Source of the DNA: the human T2T-CHM13v2.0 reference genome, Homo sapiens
Assembly: GCF_009914755.1 (NCBI RefSeq)
Contig: NC_060939.1
Direction: 5' to 3' (one strand)
DNA length: 64,000 bases
Numbering within the stretch: position 1 is the first letter of the stretch; each line of letters opens with the position of its first letter. Made by a program: the position numbers and the translations under genes. Shown in pieces: positions 58,436 through 64,000 of this stretch. The notes under the pieces were generated by a model. That model was not told the DNA's origin. It made no database searches and worked only from the letters and a program-made list of their open reading frames with translations.

Positions 58436-58588
58436 GTGATGATCTTTGAACTGGCTTACCACGTGCAGTCATTTCTCAGCGAGCATAACAAGCCCCCTCC
58501 CAAGTCTTTTCATGAAGAAATGCTGGAAAGGCGGGCTCAGGAGGAGCAGCAGAGGCTGTTGGAGGCCAAGCGGAAAGAAGAGCAGGAG
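58436..58588 (+). CDS. EIF2AK4: EIF2AK4 exon 4, 153 nt
   Basis: TTTAG| VMIFELAYHVQSFLSEHNKPPPKSFHEEMLERRAQEEQQRLLEAKRKEEQE |GTGAGA. Confidence 0.96.
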
Positions 58589-58978
58589 GTGAGATGCCCT
58601 TGTCGATGTCTGTGTGCATGGCCAGCCTGGAGGATTGCAAACTACTGTAGGTTTTATCTGTCTCTGCCTACAAACTTATCTTTAAGTTTTGCTCAGCCTT
58701 TGATTCAAGAAAGGTAGACACATGTGAGAGTATGAAAAATATGAGTGATTCCCTCCTGACACATATCAGTACTGTCCCTTAGAGCCCTCAGTCCAGGTCT
58801 TAAAGAAATAGAAGAGAAAAGAAGCTGTTTAACCAAACCACCTGTGGTCTTTTGGAGCTTGTTAGGGTGTACAGGAGTTCACTGCATTTTAGAAGCTATT
58901 TTCTTCTTCCCTGTGCAAGACTAGTATCTCATGCCCAAATGAGTAGCAAAAGCCAGAGAATAAATTTTTTATTCAAAC

Positions 58979-59307
58979 ATTTAGATGTATATATTATCTT
59001 TGATTTAAAGGATTTTAAAAATAAGACAGTTAATATCTACGCAAACAGATTAAAGAAAAAATACAAAGATTAAATACCATTTGTATTTAAATCAAAGATA
59101 ATATATGCATCTAAATGGTTACCATTTGTATTTTATAAACTCCTGTTTATATCCTATGCTGAGATTCTAAAGATTTGTTTAAATTCAAGTTTGTTTAAAT
59201 ACAAATAGTTACCATTTGTATTTTTCTTTAATCTGTTTGCATAAAGATATAAACTCTTGTCTTATTTTTAAAATCTTTTAAATCAAAGATAATATATGCA
59301 ACTAAAT
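58979..59307. repeat. AT-rich nested inverted repeat with ~90-bp arms
   Basis: 58979-59067 is the near reverse complement of 59215-59307; partial copies lie in the spacer. Confidence 0.9.
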
Positions 59308-59619
59308 TCCCTTTTTTATTTTAATTTATTTTTCTAAAGTTTTAAATTTTTTATTTGTTTTTTCTATTTAGCACTTTAATCAACTTATCTAGAACTTACT
59401 TTGATTCAGGTTATAAAAAAAGCCTAAGTATATTTTTCTTAGACATTTTCCTAACACATTTATTAAATAATAATTCTTGAAGTGATTCATAATACTTTCT
59501 TTAAACTATATGTTTAAAAATAGTTTAATGTATTTTAATATTAACAGCAAACGTGCAAGAAGTGCACAGAAGACAGATAACATTAAAAACATGTACTTGC
59601 ATGTAGGACAACTCAGTTA

Positions 59620-59941
<322 letters not shown>

Positions 59942-60025
59942 ATATAGTGAATGGGTGTAATCTACTGTATGATAAGAATGCTACAAACCGTTTAGTTGCC
60001 ATCAATAAAAAATGTACTTATTTTG

Positions 60026-60127
60026 ATCCTTCTATATAGTTCATAAGCTTGATGATCGGTGTTCACACACATGTGAGATACGCCACCTGTGAACCTTGTT
60101 AGGACATCAGCACATTACCCATCTGAC
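60026..60127 (+). pseudogene. U13 snoRNA (SNORD13) retropseudogene
   Basis: ATCCTTCTATATAGTTCATAAGCTTGATGATCGGTGTTCAC...GAACCTTGTTAGGACATCAGCACATTACCCATCTGAC matches U13 (box C TGATGA, box D CTGA); A-rich tail 60128-60150; TSD ~AAGAATTTACTTGTTTT. Confidence 0.9.
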
Positions 60128-60424
60128 ATGAAAGCAGAAGAAAGAAAGAGAAGAATTTACTTGTTTTTAAAAAAATCCAAATACTGGCATTATCCAGAAA
60201 AATGTAACAGGTTTATCTATAATTATTAGAAAGTTAAACTGCCGAAACTTGTTCACTGAAACATTTTGATTTGCATTAATGCTTTACATCCCCCCCATTT
60301 ATATTAAAAATTCACACATGAATGAAAATAGAAAAACGGCCAATACGTGATTTCTGTCCCCTCTTTTTCCACTCACAGTCATATATGTAGGTACCTTTTG
60401 ACCCCATAGGAAAAAAATATTTAA

Positions 60425-60688
<264 letters not shown>

Positions 60689-61609
60689 TAAGCACGCTCT
60701 CCATGTATGTGTCATGCTAGCTGGATATCTTTCAGCACAATTGTTACATGTTTGGCATGGATAGATAGCATACAGGTTGGTGTTTTCAAAAAGGCCAACC
60801 AGATAGGCCTCACTTGCCTTCTGCAAAGCACCAATAGCTGCACTCTGGAAGCACAGATCTGTTTTAAAATCCTGAGCAATTTCTCTCACCAGATGCTGGA
60901 GGGGAGTTTGCAAATCAGTTCAGTGGACTTGTGGTAACGTCTAATTTCACAGAATGCCACAGTACCAGGCCTGAAATGATCGGTTTCTTCACTCCTCCAG
61001 TAGAAGGTGCAGTCTTGCAAGCGGCTTTCTGTAGCCAGTGGCTTCAACCCAGGAGGCAGAGGTTGCAGTGAGCCAAGAGCTTTACCACCTGTGGATTTGT
61101 GGGCAGTCTCCTTTGTATTATACAAGCCATGGTATAGAGACCTCCTTACTTACCCCCTTCTCCTTCTGCTGGAGTTATAGGTGGTGCAGCGGCGGCTGCA
61201 AACGCAATTCTCAAGTGCATCTTAACTGCTTACCTATACTACGTTCTATTTGTCAATGATCTGTTCAACTCATCTGTTTTTTCTTGAATCTCTACCACAC
61301 TCTTTGAATTATTGTATCTTTATAATGCTTTAATATCTGACAAGTCAATCCTACCCCTCCCCATCCCTTCATCTTCCATTGTTTTTGTTTCTCAGCCATT
61401 CTCACCCATTTATTCTTACAGAAGATGTACAGAATTACTTTCCCATAGTCAAAACAAAACAAACATCCTGGGATTTTTATTGATTTTAAAAAATCTTACA
61501 TATTTATTTAGGAAGAATTGATATCTTCACAGTATTTAGACTTCCCATTCAGGATTGTTTCTTTTTCCATCCAGGGCTGTTTGTTTTTGTTTTCTGTTTT
61601 TTGGATTTT

Positions 61610-61893
61610 TTTTCTTTTTTTTTTTTTGAGACAGCATCGTGCTCTGTCGCCCAGGCTGGAGTGCAGTGGCGCAATCTTAGCTCACCGCAGCTCAAGGGAT
61701 CCTCCCGCCTAAGCTGCCTGAGTAGCTGGGACTATAGCCGTACACCACTGCACCTGCCTAATTTTAAAATTTTTTTGTAGAGACAAGATCTCCCTATGTT
61801 GCCAGGCTGGTCTTCAACTCCTGGGCTCAACCAATCCTCTGGCCTCAACCTCTCAAAGTGTTAGGATTACAGGCATGAGCCACCGTGCCCAGC
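61610..61893 (-). mobile_element. AluJ-like
   Basis: Diverged dimer. Confidence 0.85.
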
Positions 61894-62159
61894 ACCATTT
61901 GTATATCTATTTTTATTTTTTGTTGAGGCTTTCTAATTTTCTTCCTACAGATATTACTATTTCTTAAAGTTACTTTTAGTGTTTTGTTCTTAGGTTCTTA
62001 TGCTTGTCTCTTTTTTCATTTTATTTTGTTTCTGCTTCATTTTGTTTATCCTGTGCTTACATTAACACTGTCTTTTTGTAGGTGCCATTGATTTTGTTAC
62101 TTATTTTCTATTTAAGTGTGTAGCCTAGTTATTGTTGGGAGTTTGTAGTTCTTTTTTAT

Positions 62160-62477
<318 letters not shown>

Positions 62478-63222
62478 TTATTATTGTCCTTGTTGTTAGG
62501 AAGGCTAATTTTTATTAGAAGATAGTGACTATTTAGCTAACAATTTTGTTTTGACATACTGCTATAGCTACCTATAAGTTTGGGGTGTGTTTTTACACAT
62601 TGTATTATTGCTGTTATGGTTTTTGGTGAATCTCTTAATAGTTTTGATAATTATAATCTGGAATTTTAGAGGAATAATGCAAAATAGAGATCAAAATACC
62701 ACTTTTAACATTGAGAAAGCTGATTAGAAAATACAGGTGATTGAAGAATGGCAGGTAGGTATGGTACTTGGGCCATGGCTACCTCAGGTGCAGGCACTGA
62801 GGCTTGCTCAGCCCACCTTCACCAAGCTGACCGGGACCCCCATGGCAGAGAGCAGGCACAAGTGCTTGTTCTCTGCAGATAGGCAGATATCAAACAGGAG
62901 GAGCTAAGACAAGTGTCGGAAGAAGTGAGAAGCCAACAGTGTTGCTGTAGTGGAAATCTCCTGCACATAGAAACATGAAGAATGGGGAGTAAATGCCCCT
63001 CCCCACACACGCTCAAACCTGTTTAAATGGGAATGCCTATTGCGTAAGAACTCTGATAAAACTGATAGAACTGCAGTTTGTACTAAGATGCTGTGTTTTC
63101 AGATCTCTTAGGAAGAGAGGGTTTGAATTATTGAAAGTTAAAAGATTTTTCTGTAGTTCCATAATTTATATGTTGTATGGGTTTCAGAGATTGGCATTTG
63201 ATGATGGTTTGATTTATTTCAG

Positions 63223-63303
63223 CAACGTGAAATCCTGCATGAGATTCAGAGAAGGAAAGAAGAGATAAAAGAAGAGAAAAAAAGGAAAGAAATGGCTAAG
63301 CAG
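63223..63303 (+). CDS. EIF2AK4: EIF2AK4 exon 5, 81 nt
   Basis: TTTCAG| QREILHEIQRRKEEIKEEKKRKEMAKQ |GTACCC; continues the charged region in frame. Confidence 0.93.
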
Positions 63304-63563
63304 GTACCCTATCAACTCCACCATAATAATTTACATTTTGCAAAACAAAGTGTTTTTATTTCCACTGATGACATCTGTGTTACTATCAGTAATACAGCTT
63401 AAAATAAAGCACTAAAAATAAATAAATATTCACTGTGTATTTCAGACTCCCTAAATAGGTGGCAAAATTTAGAGTTTTATGTTGTCAGTAGATGATTTAG
63501 ACTTACATAATTACTGTAATTTATCAAATGAGGGAGGGAAGAGATTGCGTCTTTAATAATTAA

Positions 63564-63872
<309 letters not shown>

Positions 63873-64000
63873 TAGAATTCTTAATACTTGGAAAATAAAA
63901 TGATTTGTTGATACTGAAGAGGGAATAGAAACCATATGGATCTGCCTGAAATTTCATCCAGTGATGAAAAAGAGTAATTCAACAGAGCAGATTTAAAAGG

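Overview
This is human genomic DNA; a human-specific AluYb8/9-type insertion at 6920-7055 supports the species call. The window spans the head-to-head pair GPR176 (minus strand; coding exon 1 at 29175-29346, with 1-29174 being its intron 1) and EIF2AK4/GCN2 (plus strand; coding exons 1-5, encoding the RWD domain and the following charged region). The two start codons are about 14.2 kb apart and each sits in its own CpG island. The rest is repeat-rich: a full-length SVA, more than 30 Alus, MER41A, MLT, MER21 and ERVL LTR remnants, L1/L2, and Tigger1, MER47, MER20 and MER30 DNA transposons. It also holds retrocopies of Y3 RNA, the SETD1B 3' end, H3F3A and U13 snoRNA. Nearly all ORFs in the supplied track are repeat- or GC-derived artefacts. 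The most noteworthy structures are: (i) a nested-uORF leader in GPR176, including a uORF overlapping the main AUG, next to the eIF2-alpha kinase gene; (ii) a 4 x ~30-bp GC-box repeat in the EIF2AK4 promoter; (iii) several template-switch scars, including a ~330-bp AT-rich nested inverted repeat in EIF2AK4 intron 4; (iv) an H3F3A retrocopy carrying four separate nested insertions. No new biological system can be proven from sequence alone. The regulatory ideas are hypotheses, and repeat subfamily calls are from recalled consensus sequences, not a search.
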